Assembly: GCA_965249485.1 (NCBI GenBank)
Contig: OZ252239.1
Coordinates: forward strand, 1,568,001-1,632,000
From: a bacterium
Lineage (GTDB): Bacteria; SM23-31
Length of the DNA: 64,000 bases
Direction of reading: 5' to 3'
Below the pieces are notes generated by a model. The model made no database searches. It saw only the letters and a list, made by a program, of their open reading frames with translations, and had not been told where the DNA came from. Below are positions 31,027 to 42,815 of the stretch, piece by piece (the first letter of the stretch is position 1; every line of letters begins with the position of its first letter). Made by a program: the position numbers and the translations under genes.

Positions 31027-31241
31027 AAATGACATTATAATTGAGATTTCCTGAGCATTAAAAGCAATACTGTAAAAATATCTTATGATGACAATATATG
31101 ATGCGATCATACTCGCTTGCTTTTCATGAACAATTTGTTAATTTCCTTCTACAACACATCCATATATTTTTTTGCCTCATAATCTGGTTGCTTCATTTCT
31201 TTATAATCTAATTATAATAACATACAATTCGAGGTGCCATT

Positions 31242-33347
31242 ATGTTTAAACGAGCGATTGTGGTGTCAATTGCATTTGCAGTAGGCATAGTTATCTTTTA
31301 TCCCACTATTTCTGCAGCACAGGAAACTCCGTTTATCTCCGAAACTTTAGCAATTGATCTCAATAATGAGCTATCCGGAGACAGAAGTTATGAACATATC
31401 AGGTGGATGACTCACTACCACCGGCCAAGCGGTTCAAAAGGATTTTGGACTGTTGCGCAAATGGTGCATGACTGGGCACGGGAATCCGGTCTGGAGAATG
31501 TACAATTAATTAAGCAAGATTTTGACGGTACAAACTGGGATGCTCTTTCAGGTGAACTCTGGATCATTGAACCGACAGAAGTAAAACTGGGAAGTTATGC
31601 CGAAGTTGCAGTTTCAATCCCGAATAACACGCATTCTGCTCACGAAACAGTAGAACTCGTGGATATCGGTCCGGGTACATCGGATGAGGATTTTGCAGGC
31701 ATTAACGTTACAGGAAAAGCCGTGCTCACTTCCTCTGCTCCTTCTGCTGTTATGCAAACCGCAGTTTGGCAAAGAGGGGCTTCGGGTATCGTTTCCTATT
31801 CTAACAGCAGGCCGAACGCAATGCATGATTTCCCGGACCAGGTAGCGTATAGCAGAGTGCTTGTTGAAAATTCAGCAGGAGAACCATCGGGATGGGCATT
31901 TATGATCTCACCCCGTACCGGTACCATGCTCAAGAATCTCATTAAACAATCCAGAAATGATGGCGAATCAGTCTTAGTTAAGGTGGATATTGTAACGGAA
32001 TTTAAAGAAAATCCGGAGCAGAGATATGTTTGGAGTGAAATCAAAGGAACTGAAATACATAATCAGGATATCGTACTGACGTCTCATCTGCAGGAAGAAA
32101 AGACATCTGCAAACGATAATTCCAGCGGAAGTGCCAATATGGTTGAGATAGGTAGAACGATGATGCGGCTTATCAAAGAAGGCAGAATACCACGACCGAA
32201 AAGGGATATTACGTTTTACTGGGCAAATGAAATAAGTAGCGAATATCAGTTTTTCAGCGATCATCCGGAAGAAAAAAATTCTATGCTTATCAATATCAAT
32301 CAGGATATGGTTGGAGCAAAACAGAGTATGGGTTCTCGTGTTCAGCATATTATTAGGACGCCACATTCAATCCCGAGTTACTTAAGCGATGTTATTGAAA
32401 GTATTACAGAATATGTAATAATGACCAACAGCGCTTTTCTTGCGGCAGGTGATGCAGGAACCCCACAGCCTTTTTCAAAACCAATCTATTCACATCTCGG
32501 TACACGAGAACGGTATAATGCTATGATCGTACCTTATTTTGACAGTTCCGACCATTTAGTGTTTAACGAGGCTGTAGTCGGAGTACCGGGAGTTGGATTA
32601 ATTAACTGGCCGGATACGTACATACATTCAACTGCCGATGATCTGGATAATATTGACCAGACTCAGCTCAAGAGGAATGCCTTTATTGTTGCTGCAACAG
32701 CCCTATATATAGCAAATGCGGGAGATGAGGATGTTCCGGCAATTACATCGGAGGTGTATTCACGAGCATTAAAAAGAATTGCAAAAGATCTGAATACAGC
32801 ATTAAACCACATACAAAAATCATCCAAAGACAATCAAAAACAAAGCTATGGAGAAGCAAAAAATTTAATTGCTCAGGCTATAATAAGGGAAACAAAAGCG
32901 GTTGAATCTGTTCTGGTTTTTGCCGATTCTCCCGGAAGTAATTCGTATATACAAAAACGAATCAGTGATTTAGAAAATCGGGAAGATGATCTGATTGCAT
33001 CATTGGATGAATTGTATGTTCTTGTTTCCAATGACAAAAGAGTTCCCACGATAAAACTATCCGCCTTTGACAAAGAGATGGATTCAAAAATTCCTGTCAT
33101 CAAGGGGACAGTTGAGGAATACTTTCAGAGACGGGGACGAGTGCGAGGCGGAGGCAAATTACATGGTCTGATGACGTGGGAGTGTTATAATTTTTCAAAT
33201 GGTATTAATTCATACCTTGATATTTATAATGCTGTTCATGCCGAAGCGCTTTCTGCGGGCGAATTCTATTACGGTACGGTTACAAAACAGGCCGTCGCTG
33301 ACCTTCTTGATGCAGCCGTGGAGGCAGAAGTGTTACGACTGAAATAA
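31242..33347 (+). CDS. M28-family peptidase (DUF4910-like, PA domain)
   Basis: SHL..ANDNSSG, INQDMVG, SDH and YIHSTAD motifs. Confidence 0.8.
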   Translation: MFKRAIVVSIAFAVGIVIFYPTISAAQETPFISETLAIDLNNELSGDRSYEHIRWMTHYHRPSGSKGFWTVAQMVHDWARESGLENVQLIKQDFDGTNWDALSGELWIIEPTEVKLGSYAEVAVSIPNNTHSAHETVELVDIGPGTSDEDFAGINVTGKAVLTSSAPSAVMQTAVWQRGASGIVSYSNSRPNAMHDFPDQVAYSRVLVENSAGEPSGWAFMISPRTGTMLKNLIKQSRNDGESVLVKVDIVTEFKENPEQRYVWSEIKGTEIHNQDIVLTSHLQEEKTSANDNSSGSANMVEIGRTMMRLIKEGRIPRPKRDITFYWANEISSEYQFFSDHPEEKNSMLININQDMVGAKQSMGSRVQHIIRTPHSIPSYLSDVIESITEYVIMTNSAFLAAGDAGTPQPFSKPIYSHLGTRERYNAMIVPYFDSSDHLVFNEAVVGVPGVGLINWPDTYIHSTADDLDNIDQTQLKRNAFIVAATALYIANAGDEDVPAITSEVYSRALKRIAKDLNTALNHIQKSSKDNQKQSYGEAKNLIAQAIIRETKAVESVLVFADSPGSNSYIQKRISDLENREDDLIASLDELYVLVSNDKRVPTIKLSAFDKEMDSKIPVIKGTVEEYFQRRGRVRGGGKLHGLMTWECYNFSNGINSYLDIYNAVHAEALSAGEFYYGTVTKQAVADLLDAAVEAEVLRLK

Positions 33348-33502
33348 AGCAGCAGAAACATCAATGAGGAACTACACATAACTCGAAATCGTATATAACG
33401 GAAACGCAATTTAAGAGAATGTAACATTTTAGTTATGTTATATGCTGTTTGTTGTCTCGATCGTTAGCATATATATCTATATTTTGTAGAGGAATAAAAA
33501 AC

Positions 33503-34135
33503 ATGATACATTTCATATATAATAATATTGGAATTATTCTCTTGTGCACCGTTTTTTTGCTCGGTATTACGAGCAATGCTCATGGGGTAACAGATAAAAC
33601 GAATCCATTTGCGACTGAAAAGGCAATTTTCGCAGGTGGATGTTTCTGGTGTATGGAACCACCATATGATAAGCTGCATGGCGTTCTTTCGACGACATCC
33701 GGTTATATCGGTGGCCACAAGGAAAATCCCACGTATAAAGAAGTTTCCGCAGGAATTACGGGTCATACTGAAGCAGTTGAAATCGAGTACGATCCCGAAA
33801 AGATCGGATACGATGAGCTGCTCGAAGTTTTCTGGCGTAATATCGATCCAACCGTTAAAGACAGACAATTTTGTGATAAGGGAACGCAGTACCGTTCGGG
33901 GATATTTTATCTCAATGAAGAACAGAGGAAGCTCGCTGAGCAATCAAAAGATGCTCTTGAGAAAACCGGACAGTTCAAAACAATTTTTACCGAAATCACA
34001 CAATCCACAACGTTTTATCCTGCCGAAGAATACCATCAGGACTATTATAAGAAAAATCCGATACGGTATAAATTATATCGGTACGGATGTGGACGTGACA
34101 ACCGCCTTGAAGAAATCTGGGGTGATGAAAAATAG
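33503..34135 (+). CDS. msrA: Exported methionine-S-sulfoxide reductase
   Basis: GGCFWC, TGHTEAV and FYPAEEYHQDYY motifs. Confidence 0.95.
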   Translation: MIHFIYNNIGIILLCTVFLLGITSNAHGVTDKTNPFATEKAIFAGGCFWCMEPPYDKLHGVLSTTSGYIGGHKENPTYKEVSAGITGHTEAVEIEYDPEKIGYDELLEVFWRNIDPTVKDRQFCDKGTQYRSGIFYLNEEQRKLAEQSKDALEKTGQFKTIFTEITQSTTFYPAEEYHQDYYKKNPIRYKLYRYGCGRDNRLEEIWGDEK

Positions 34136-34274
34136 TCCGGTTAGTTTTTCTAGTCCTCAGCCGTATTGAAGTGGGTACTATTCATTAGACAGAAAGATTA
34201 AATAAAGAAATGTGCGCCTCAAAGACGCACATTCAACAAATATAATATTTATAATTGGATTAAAATGCTACTTA

Positions 34275-36425
34275 TTACACCTGCGCGAGTGCTTCTTTAA
34301 CACGCTTGGGTGTGAAAGGATGCTGGTAAAGCCGTGCTCCGGTTGCGTCGAAGAGTGCATTGCCAATTATAGCACTCATTGTTACAATTGCCGGTTCACC
34401 GCCGCCATGAGGCACTTTTTCTTCTGAATCAACAATAATCGTTTCAATTTTCGGTATCCATGAATAGCGGGGAATGTCGTATGAATCAAAATTGGTATTC
34501 GTCAATTCGCCGCCATTGAAAAACATCTCTTCAGTTAAAGAATAACCAAGTCCCATCGCTATGCAGCCTTCCATTTGAAGAATCGCACCTTCAGGATTGA
34601 TGACAAGCCCCATATCCTGCGCACACACGACCCGTTCGACTTTAATTGTTCCGTTCAATTCATCGACACTGATTTCAGCTATCGATGCAACGTAGGTTCC
34701 TGCGTCGATTCCGCAAGCGATTCCGTAACCGCGTCCACTCGGTGCTTTTGCCGGTGTCCAGCCAAATTTATCCGCTGTGGCTTTCAGGACACCGATAGCT
34801 CGTTTATCCGATGTGTTTTTCAACCGGAACTCAAGGGGATCGATACCCGCTTTTGCTGCCATAATATCGATTTGCGATTCGCGTGCAAAGGTATTCGTAT
34901 TTCCGCCGGGTGCTCTCCACGGTCCGGTATTGTACATATGAGAACCTTCGGGTGAGTCCATCCATCCGGCATAAACCGTTTGACGATTATTCGGAACATT
35001 GTAGAATTGATCCGAACCCCGCGGCCCGGCATAGTAAACATGGTAATCCCACAGACTCATGGTTCCATTCTTATCGATTCCTGATTTAATTTTCACGATG
35101 CTGGCAGGCCGGAAATTGTCATAAAAGAATTCTTCTTCCCGTGTCCAGAAAACCTGTACCGGTTTCCCGGTTATTCGTGCAAGTTTTGTCGCTTCTACGG
35201 ATTGCCTGCCGCCGGATTTTCCACCGAAACCGCCGCCGACATACGGAGTTCTGACACGGACATTTGCAGGTTTCATATTGAGTTCGCGTGCTATCCGTTC
35301 TTTATCACCGAAAGGAGTCTGTGACGATATCCAGATCTCAAGCTTGTCGCCTTCAAAATGTGCAACTGCAGTGTGCGTCTCCATTGGAGCATGTGCGACA
35401 TAACCTCCCGTAAAGGTGCTCTCGAACAGTTCATCAGACTCTTTTTTACCTGACTCGATCGATCCTTGATTTTCGATTTCTTCTCCGCGCGGGGATTTGC
35501 TGAGGAGGTGGTTGAAAATCGATATGTCGTCGACCGGTTCATCGGGAATGTCAAATTCAGATTTGATTGCATAGAGTGCATTTTCAGCTATTTCGGGGTC
35601 GGTATGCAATACTGCTACAATGTTATCCTCATTGACGACAATCACACCGTCCATTTTCTCGGCGGCAGATGTGTCAACATGTTCGAGAGTTGCACGTTGT
35701 GCCGGGGGACGGAGGAGCCGGGCATACAGCATACCGGGAAACCGAATATCTCCTGCATATTTCGCTTCACCAGTCACTTTTTCATGTGCATCGATCCGTG
35801 ATGTGTGCTGGCCGATTATTTTGAACTCATGTATTGCCTTTTCGACTGCTTTTTTATCGAGTTTTTTTGCAATTTTCTTGCCCTGAGCAAGTTCCGCATA
35901 TGAAACACGGTTGTTTTTATTTCCTTTTTGATACACCACACCGTTCTCAATAGTGAGCTTGTCGGTCGGAATATCGAGATGCTCGGATGCCAGATATGTC
36001 AGAACTGTCCGGGCTTCTGCTGCTGCCGCTTTGAAAACAGGACCGAAAAACCGGGTGGTCAGAGACCCGAATGTCCCCATATCCCACGGACAGAGGTCGG
36101 TGTCTCCCATAACCATTTTTATAGAATTGAGTGAAACATCCAGTTCTTCAGCCGCCGTCTGGGCAAGTGATGTCATTGCGCCCTGTCCCATCTCAATCTT
36201 CCCGGTGAAACAGGTTATCAAGCCATCCTCACCAATTCTGAGATAGGCGTTGAAATCGGTCGGGTAACTTCTTCGCTGCCGCTGGCTCAGCAATATGGAA
36301 GAGTCGCCGAGAACGCAGAAAATCACGATTCCTCCACCAATGGCTTTTAAAAAGCTTCGGCGTTTTAAGGCGGGCAATGCAGACCAATAACTTAATTCTA
36401 TATCTGAAAAATCCTCTAAATTCAT
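34275..36425 (-). CDS. iorB: Isoquinoline 1-oxidoreductase beta-like molybdopterin subunit
   Basis: RRSFLK Tat-like motif; EMGQG, GGGFGGK, WRAPG and GGGEP motifs. Confidence 0.85.
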   Translation of the reverse strand: MNLEDFSDIELSYWSALPALKRRSFLKAIGGGIVIFCVLGDSSILLSQRQRRSYPTDFNAYLRIGEDGLITCFTGKIEMGQGAMTSLAQTAAEELDVSLNSIKMVMGDTDLCPWDMGTFGSLTTRFFGPVFKAAAAEARTVLTYLASEHLDIPTDKLTIENGVVYQKGNKNNRVSYAELAQGKKIAKKLDKKAVEKAIHEFKIIGQHTSRIDAHEKVTGEAKYAGDIRFPGMLYARLLRPPAQRATLEHVDTSAAEKMDGVIVVNEDNIVAVLHTDPEIAENALYAIKSEFDIPDEPVDDISIFNHLLSKSPRGEEIENQGSIESGKKESDELFESTFTGGYVAHAPMETHTAVAHFEGDKLEIWISSQTPFGDKERIARELNMKPANVRVRTPYVGGGFGGKSGGRQSVEATKLARITGKPVQVFWTREEEFFYDNFRPASIVKIKSGIDKNGTMSLWDYHVYYAGPRGSDQFYNVPNNRQTVYAGWMDSPEGSHMYNTGPWRAPGGNTNTFARESQIDIMAAKAGIDPLEFRLKNTSDKRAIGVLKATADKFGWTPAKAPSGRGYGIACGIDAGTYVASIAEISVDELNGTIKVERVVCAQDMGLVINPEGAILQMEGCIAMGLGYSLTEEMFFNGGELTNTNFDSYDIPRYSWIPKIETIIVDSEEKVPHGGGEPAIVTMSAIIGNALFDATGARLYQHPFTPKRVKEALAQV

Positions 36426-36437
36426 GGTTTTCCCCGT

Positions 36438-36896
36438 TTATTCTGCTGCGGTTTCGATTGCTTTAACCATACGGACATGCGCCCCGCACCGACACAGATT
36501 ATTTTCCATAGCGTCGATAATCTCTTCCCGAGTCGGGCTGGAATTGACTTGCAGAAGACTGTATGCCTGCATGATCTGGCCAGATGTACAGAATCCGCAC
36601 TGCATAGCGTTATGCTCGATGAACGCTTCCTGAATTGGATGCAGTTTCCCATTCTTTGCCAGACCCTCGATCGTGAGAACATTTTTCCCCTTCACATATT
36701 GTAAAGGATACTGACACGACCGAACAGGTTCCTTATCAACAAGCACAGTACACGCGCCACAGTAATTGATGCCGCAGCCGAATTTGGTCCCCGTCAGTTC
36801 CAAATCAGTACGGAGTACCCACAACAGACGCCTGCTCGTATCGGTTGTCATGCTGACAGGTTTCCTATTGAGATTAAATTGGATTGTCTCTACCAT
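36438..36896 (-). CDS. iorA: (2Fe-2S) small subunit
   Basis: GCGINYCGACTV, QCGFC and NLCRCG motifs. Confidence 0.9.
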   Translation of the reverse strand: MVETIQFNLNRKPVSMTTDTSRRLLWVLRTDLELTGTKFGCGINYCGACTVLVDKEPVRSCQYPLQYVKGKNVLTIEGLAKNGKLHPIQEAFIEHNAMQCGFCTSGQIMQAYSLLQVNSSPTREEIIDAMENNLCRCGAHVRMVKAIETAAE

Positions 36897-37337
36897 ATTT
36901 ATTCACTCTTTATGATTGGATTAATGGAGGGTGGTTGCATTTCTATTTACAAGTATATACAATCGAAGATAAACATACTTCAAAGAAATGCAACAAATTT
37001 TTTGGTGTCATCAATGAATTGAGATGCGGTGTCGCAGAGACTGCTGTGCAGACATGGATCACCGTACTAACACGTTCTGAGGGATGTTAAATCAATAATG
37101 AAAAAATGTATCTGGCATTAATAATTATTCCACATTCCAAACAGAAAAAACTATTGGCTGAATCTGTTTCCGCATGATTTATTCCTATTAAATAACAGAT
37201 AATGTTATTTAATTATTAGATATAGTGGTAATATTCTACCAGTACGTGGCGGATAAATAGCTGTATTGAACTGTGAAAAAAGTGGTGCTTGCTTCATTGT
37301 ATCGCTGTCTTTGTAATAAGCTGGTTTTGGAGGAATA

Positions 37338-38792
37338 ATGAACATTTTAGTCGTTGATGACGATCCGGGGATTCGGAACAGCTTATCATTATTTTTTACG
37401 AGTTACGGTCATAATACGATCGAATGCGAAAATGGGAAGATTGCCCTGAAAATACTGCGCAGTGAAAATATTCATATGGTGCTTTCCGACATTTTAATGC
37501 CTGAGATGGACGGTAAGGAACTGCTAAAACAAATTAAAAAAACAGAACGCCTCAAAGAATTAATTGTAGTGCTCGTAACGGGTCAAGGTGATGTGAAAAG
37601 TGCAGTTGATGCAATGAAAAACGGTGCTTATGATTATCTCCTTAAACCGGTGAATTTAAATGAGCTCTCCATACTAACAGAAAGAGTCGCTGAATATCTT
37701 ACACTGAAGGAAGAGAATAAAAACCTTACTGAGAATTTTGAAAAGAAAGTTGATGAAGCAACAAAAGACATTAAAAAGAAACTTGTCGATTTAAGAAAAG
37801 AATATGCCCGAGTTGTAAGCTCTTCGGAAATTGGCCTTTATTCAGATAAATTGAAACAGGTTTATAGCACTGCAAAAAGGTTGCACAAAAACCGCAAATT
37901 TCCTGTTCTCATCGAAGGTGAAACTGGAACGGGAAAAGAACTGGTAGCACGATATGTCCACTATGGTGACGGTGATGTTTCTACACCGTTCGTCGGAATA
38001 AATTGTGCGGCTATTAGTCCAAATCTGTTTGAAAGCGAACTTTTCGGATATGAACCGGGGGCATTTACTGGTGGAAATCCGAAAGGGCAGAAAGGGAAGA
38101 TCGAAGTAGCCGAAGAAGGCACCATTTTTCTCGATGAGATTTCTGAAATGTCAATCGAGTATCAAGCAAAACTGCTTCGTGTTATTCAGGAACGAGAGTA
38201 CTATCGTGTTGGCGGAATAAAAAAGAACACAACAAATGCCCGGTTTGTCTGCTCGACGAACCAGGATATAAAAAACAAAGTCCTTGAAGGAACTTTTCGA
38301 GAAGATTTATATTATCGGCTGAGTGTCGGTCACATATTTATTCCTCCTCTCAGAGATCGGAGTGAAGAAATAGAGCCGTTGGCGAAAATGTTTTTAATGC
38401 GACTAGGATCACAGAATATGACCCAATTTAAAGAAATCGATGTCGATGCATACAAAAAACTCAAAGAATATCATTGGCCCGGCAATGTTAGGGAATTGAA
38501 AAGTGTTGTAGAACGGGTTGCACTGCTCTACGATGATGAGATTATAACTGAGGATCATCTCGAAGCGGTATTCGATCACATGTCAAATCCAAAGTCTAAA
38601 GCTTCAGTGTCAAATGAACAATCTACCGACAAATTTGAATTTTCTAAGGATGGTGTTGATTTGAACAAATGGATATTAAGTAATATTCAAAAAGCTCTTG
38701 ATTTGAACAAGGGAAACAAGTCTGATACAGCCCGGTATCTTAATATATCCAGAAATGTTCTGTACACATATCTGAAGCACATAAAAAGCTAA
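37338..38792 (+). CDS. NtrC-family sigma54 response regulator
   Basis: Receiver domain, GETGTGKE, ESELFG..GAFTG, WPGNVREL and Fis HTH. Confidence 0.95.
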   Translation: MNILVVDDDPGIRNSLSLFFTSYGHNTIECENGKIALKILRSENIHMVLSDILMPEMDGKELLKQIKKTERLKELIVVLVTGQGDVKSAVDAMKNGAYDYLLKPVNLNELSILTERVAEYLTLKEENKNLTENFEKKVDEATKDIKKKLVDLRKEYARVVSSSEIGLYSDKLKQVYSTAKRLHKNRKFPVLIEGETGTGKELVARYVHYGDGDVSTPFVGINCAAISPNLFESELFGYEPGAFTGGNPKGQKGKIEVAEEGTIFLDEISEMSIEYQAKLLRVIQEREYYRVGGIKKNTTNARFVCSTNQDIKNKVLEGTFREDLYYRLSVGHIFIPPLRDRSEEIEPLAKMFLMRLGSQNMTQFKEIDVDAYKKLKEYHWPGNVRELKSVVERVALLYDDEIITEDHLEAVFDHMSNPKSKASVSNEQSTDKFEFSKDGVDLNKWILSNIQKALDLNKGNKSDTARYLNISRNVLYTYLKHIKS

Positions 38793-38994
38793 TATTCTCC
38801 AGAACTATACTCTCATTACCAGATCAATATTTTTTTATTCTTCACCTCTGCTACTTTTTCATCACCTGTCTAAATTTATGCACTAATTAGTACAAATCCA
38901 CACACTATATCCACATTTCAATGTCGATATAATTTGATTTATTTAAACCTTAAACACAATAATTTCAAACACATAAGAATTTTTCGGTTTTAAA

Positions 38995-39010
38995 CGGCAT
39001 GATTTTGGCA
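38995..39010 (+). promoter_or_regulatory. Possible sigma54 promoter
   Basis: CGGCAT-N5-TGGCA (GG-N10-GC) just downstream of the NtrC gene. Confidence 0.4.
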
Positions 39011-39093
39011 TACTGTGTGTCAGATCATATCAGAATAATGTCTTTTTTGAACATTTTAAACATTAAGAACTATTTACTTGATATGAAGTTGAC

Positions 39094-39414
39094 GTGAGAT
39101 TTCTTTTTACAGATGATGAGATTTCTGATTTAGAAAGCATACAGAACGCACTGGAGGCTGAAAATCATGAATGTTTACTTTTCACAAATCCTCATGATGG
39201 ATTAATGACTTTTCAAAATGAGAAATATGATACTGTTATTACTGACTATAAATTGTCTGAAATGAAAGGCCTTGACGTGTTGAAAGTAGTGAGAAAACTT
39301 AACCAAAATGTGCCTGGGGTAATTCTAACAGAAAATGAGGAAGATGACAATTCTTTGAAGGGCTCTTCCCTTACTTCAATACAGGATACTGAAGAGGAGA
39401 AATTGAATGAGTAG
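39094..39414 (+). pseudogene. Degenerate receiver domain
   Basis: TDDE...ITDYKLSEMKGL present, but the C-terminal KP region is missing. Confidence 0.6.
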
Positions 39415-39841
39415 TAAAGAATCGTTTGATGAGAATGCCGAATTAATTCAATCTTTTACTACTGAAGGAGAAGAACTGCTCGATGATGTTGAGCCAAAGC
39501 TGATAGAATTACAGGAAAGTCTTGAAGAAAGCGGAGAGATCGATGTTGAGATTTTGAATGATATTTTCAGAATGTTTTATACACTTAAAGGCTCTGCTGG
39601 ATTTTTAGAACTCAACAATTTGCAGAGTGTTACACATGAAGCAGAAACGATTCTCGATTTATTCAGAAAAGGCATACTGAAACCTGAAAAGGACAATATT
39701 GACCTTTTGAGCAGAGCGTGCGATTTTATACGTACTGTAATGGTCTATATTAATGAAAACCTATGGCTATTAAGATGCTGCAGCAGAGCATGGCAAGAAA
39801 CTCTCAGACGTGTGTTCAGCTCACAGGAGCAAAAAGCCTGA
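39407..39841 (+). pseudogene. cheA: CheA Hpt (P1) fragment
   Basis: IFRMFYTLKGSAG has Tyr in place of the phospho-acceptor His; truncated after the Hpt domain. Confidence 0.75.
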
Positions 39842-39973
39842 ACCCGCTCCAGTTCCCCAACGGGAACCTATCTGGAGTGAAGAACCTAATCCGTAATCCT
39901 TTGCTGAAAAAGGTTCTCTAGGTGTTAATTATATAAAAGGGATTCAAATAAAATCGATCATGTCCTTCGCGAT

Positions 39974-40177
39974 ATGATTATGTTCGAAATGGTTGGTCGT
40001 AAAAAATTTGTTCATATGAAAGAAATTAGTCCTGAGATTAAATCGATTCTTATGAGCGGAATCAGCAGGAATGTAAAACCGGATAAAATTTTGCGTGATG
40101 GACTCAGTGAATATGTGCAGAAACCGTTCATATTACATGAACTGTCAAAAGTAGTCGTTATAGTGATTGATAATTGA
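39974..40177 (+). pseudogene. Receiver-domain C-terminal fragment
   Basis: ILMSG...YVQKPF. Confidence 0.55.
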
Positions 40178-40236
40178 TATAAATGAGAAGATTTAAATAT
40201 GAAGTTGAACAATCACTACACTCGGGAGATAGTATT

Positions 40237-40596
40237 ATGAAAGTTCTTGTCGTTGATGATTCTGTTACTATGAGAAGAATTATTATCAACAGCTTGAAAG
40301 ATTCCAGTTTTGACGATATTGTTGAAGCTGGAGATGGCCTTGAAGGTATGAGCAACATGGAAGAAATAGAATTGGTATTGACTGATTGGAATATGCCGGA
40401 AATGGATGGCCTCACCTTTGTGAAAGAGATCAGGAAAAGCCCGATGTATTCAACTGTGCCGATAATTATGATAACAACAGAAGGAGCAAAAAACGATGTC
40501 GTCGAGGCATTGAAAAGTGGTGTAAATAACTATGTGGTGAAACCATTTGATAAAGATACCCTTTTGAAAAAAGTTAAAGCAACATTAGAAGGTTAA
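40237..40596 (+). CDS. cheY: CheY-like response regulator
   Basis: VLVVDDS, TDWNMPEMDG and YVVKPF motifs. Confidence 0.9.
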   Translation: MKVLVVDDSVTMRRIIINSLKDSSFDDIVEAGDGLEGMSNMEEIELVLTDWNMPEMDGLTFVKEIRKSPMYSTVPIIMITTEGAKNDVVEALKSGVNNYVVKPFDKDTLLKKVKATLEG

Positions 40597-40624
40597 CCTA
40601 TGAATTTCTATTTGAGAGGATTGT

Positions 40625-41101
40625 ATGAAGATTGATTTTATTAATCCATTCGTAAAAGCTGTTAATGCAACCATGGAAACTATGGTAGGTATTTCGGTAG
40701 AGAAGGAAAAACCATTTATCAAAGAAGGTCGTGATACAAGCGGTGATATAACAGGATTAATCGGTTTTGCTGAAAATAATATTGCTGGTTCGGTTGCACT
40801 GAGTTTTCCCAAGAATACAATATTTGAAATATTCAAATCTATGACTGGTACAGATCAATATGAAGAGGATAATGAACTGAATGATATTGTCGGTGAATTT
40901 ACTAATATCGTTGTTGGGGGTGCAAAAAAGGAGTTTGCTGAATTCGGTTTTTCATACAATATCAGTCTGCCTATGGTGGTGTCCGGGAAAGGTCACAGAA
41001 TCAAACATAAACACAACTATCCCATCATAGTTATTCCATTTAAATTTGGTGAAAACGGTTTTTTTATGGAAGTCAGTATGCACATGACGAATGGGAAATA
41101 A
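40625..41101 (+). CDS. cheX: Chemotaxis phosphatase CheX
   Basis: FINPF, GEFTNIVVG and ISLPMVV motifs. Confidence 0.9.
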   Translation: MKIDFINPFVKAVNATMETMVGISVEKEKPFIKEGRDTSGDITGLIGFAENNIAGSVALSFPKNTIFEIFKSMTGTDQYEEDNELNDIVGEFTNIVVGGAKKEFAEFGFSYNISLPMVVSGKGHRIKHKHNYPIIVIPFKFGENGFFMEVSMHMTNGK

Positions 41102-41624
41102 TAATATTCTGTAATATCCCGGATTTTCTGAAACACAAGGAATTCTAATAAATGTGCTGGCTGAAACCAATGTTAAACATCGACAATACCGTACCAGTCT
41201 TTATAGTTTATTTTAGTTTTATATTTTTGGGATAATTTGGTAACCAGGTCAATTATCTCCAGTCCCCGGTTATCATCTGCGAGTTTCGGACAACCTGTTC
41301 GTGGTCCGGTCATTTCGAATGTTGTGGTATTAACTGAATTACAGCAATTTTTTTATCCCGTATAGTCAAACGCGGTACAATCGTCTGAAATTCCTGATGA
41401 ATATCCTGTTGCAGATCACGATTCCAGATGACTGAAGGAATCTCTGATGTTTTATACCTATTACTTTCACTTTAATATTCACATATACCTCTAATTCCCA
41501 CAATCGCAAGAATCGCTATCAAATACAGAAAAATAGTCAACACTATTGAAAATAAAAGAATATTAGTGTACACTAATACCGAAAATTCTTTCTGTTATGA
41601 CGATTCAGATGAAGGGATCAGATT

Positions 41625-42528
41625 ATGGTTACAAAATTGTTTTTGTCGTATCATTCACAATTGATTAAAATACTGCTGCTTGTGTTCTGTTTTTGTGCGT
41701 TTTTGTCATGCGGTTCCGGTTCAGAGCTGATCAATCGGATTGCTATCATTCCTGATCAACGAGAAATAATAGCGGTATTAACGGGGAGATCAGAAATCAG
41801 AGAAGGGATGAATCTTGACGACAGATTTGAAGAAGGCAACAGAGAGGAAGTCAGGGATTATCTTTTTTCAACGCTTCAAATATTGGGTTTGGAACCTGAA
41901 AGACACCGGTACTCTGATAAGGGAGAAAATATTTTGGAACGATACCAGCAACCATTACAAGTAGCGATTACGTTGTTCTAGGAGCGCATTTCGATTCGGT
42001 GGAGGAAAGTTCGGGGGCAAATGATAATGCATCGGGAGCGGCCCTCATATTCGGCGGAGCACAATACATTGCAGAGTTGAACATCAGCACAAAACATGTC
42101 ATTGTTGTATTTTTTGATGAAGAAGAACGGGGACTTGTCGGCAGCAGGCACTTTGCGGAAAAATTAGTGGTAGAAGGTATGACTATTCACTCGGTGTCCA
42201 TACAGCAGACCAGGTGGGTTGGGATAATGACGGCGATAGGGGGATAGAATTGGAGTTACCATATGACGGTATTGTAGATATCTACAGGAAGGTTGCGCGC
42301 TCAGAAGGTTTAGATATTCCTATTCACATTACCGACACACCTTCTACGGATCATTCATCATTCCGCACGGAGGGATTTAACGCTGTCGGTATTACCGAGG
42401 AATATGTGAACGATGATACGACGCCGTATTACCACGAACCGAGCGACGACTATGATACAATAGATTTTGAGTACTTAGAAACGGTAACATTTCTTTTTGC
42501 TAAAGTGATCGAGAGTATTATTGATTAG
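41625..42528 (+). pseudogene. M28 peptidase lipoprotein with two frameshifts
   Basis: GAHFDS, GANDNASG, FDEEERG, TDH and YHEPSD motifs split over three ORFs (shifts near 41933 and 42197). Confidence 0.8.
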
Positions 42529-42815
42529 AATTTACAGAAAAATTGTGAGCGTGACACTATAACGATCTGCTGAAAACAATTGTTCTTAACCACAATATTC
42601 TCAATAATATATAGACCATTATCAATGTAATGAATACGTTAATCTGGATAAGTATATACAAATTTGGCGTAGATATTTTTCTTGTTGATTAAGGAGCATA
42701 CTATTCAACTGTTATCAGAATCAATTGAAATAATAATTTTGGAACTATCTCATTGATGATTTATGTTCATTAGTTTTGTGTAATTAATCAGATAGCCACC
42801 AAAAAAAGCAACTTT

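Noticed and set aside
41170..41460. Possible minus-strand gene remnant
   Set aside because: Short open stretches, but no family I can recognise
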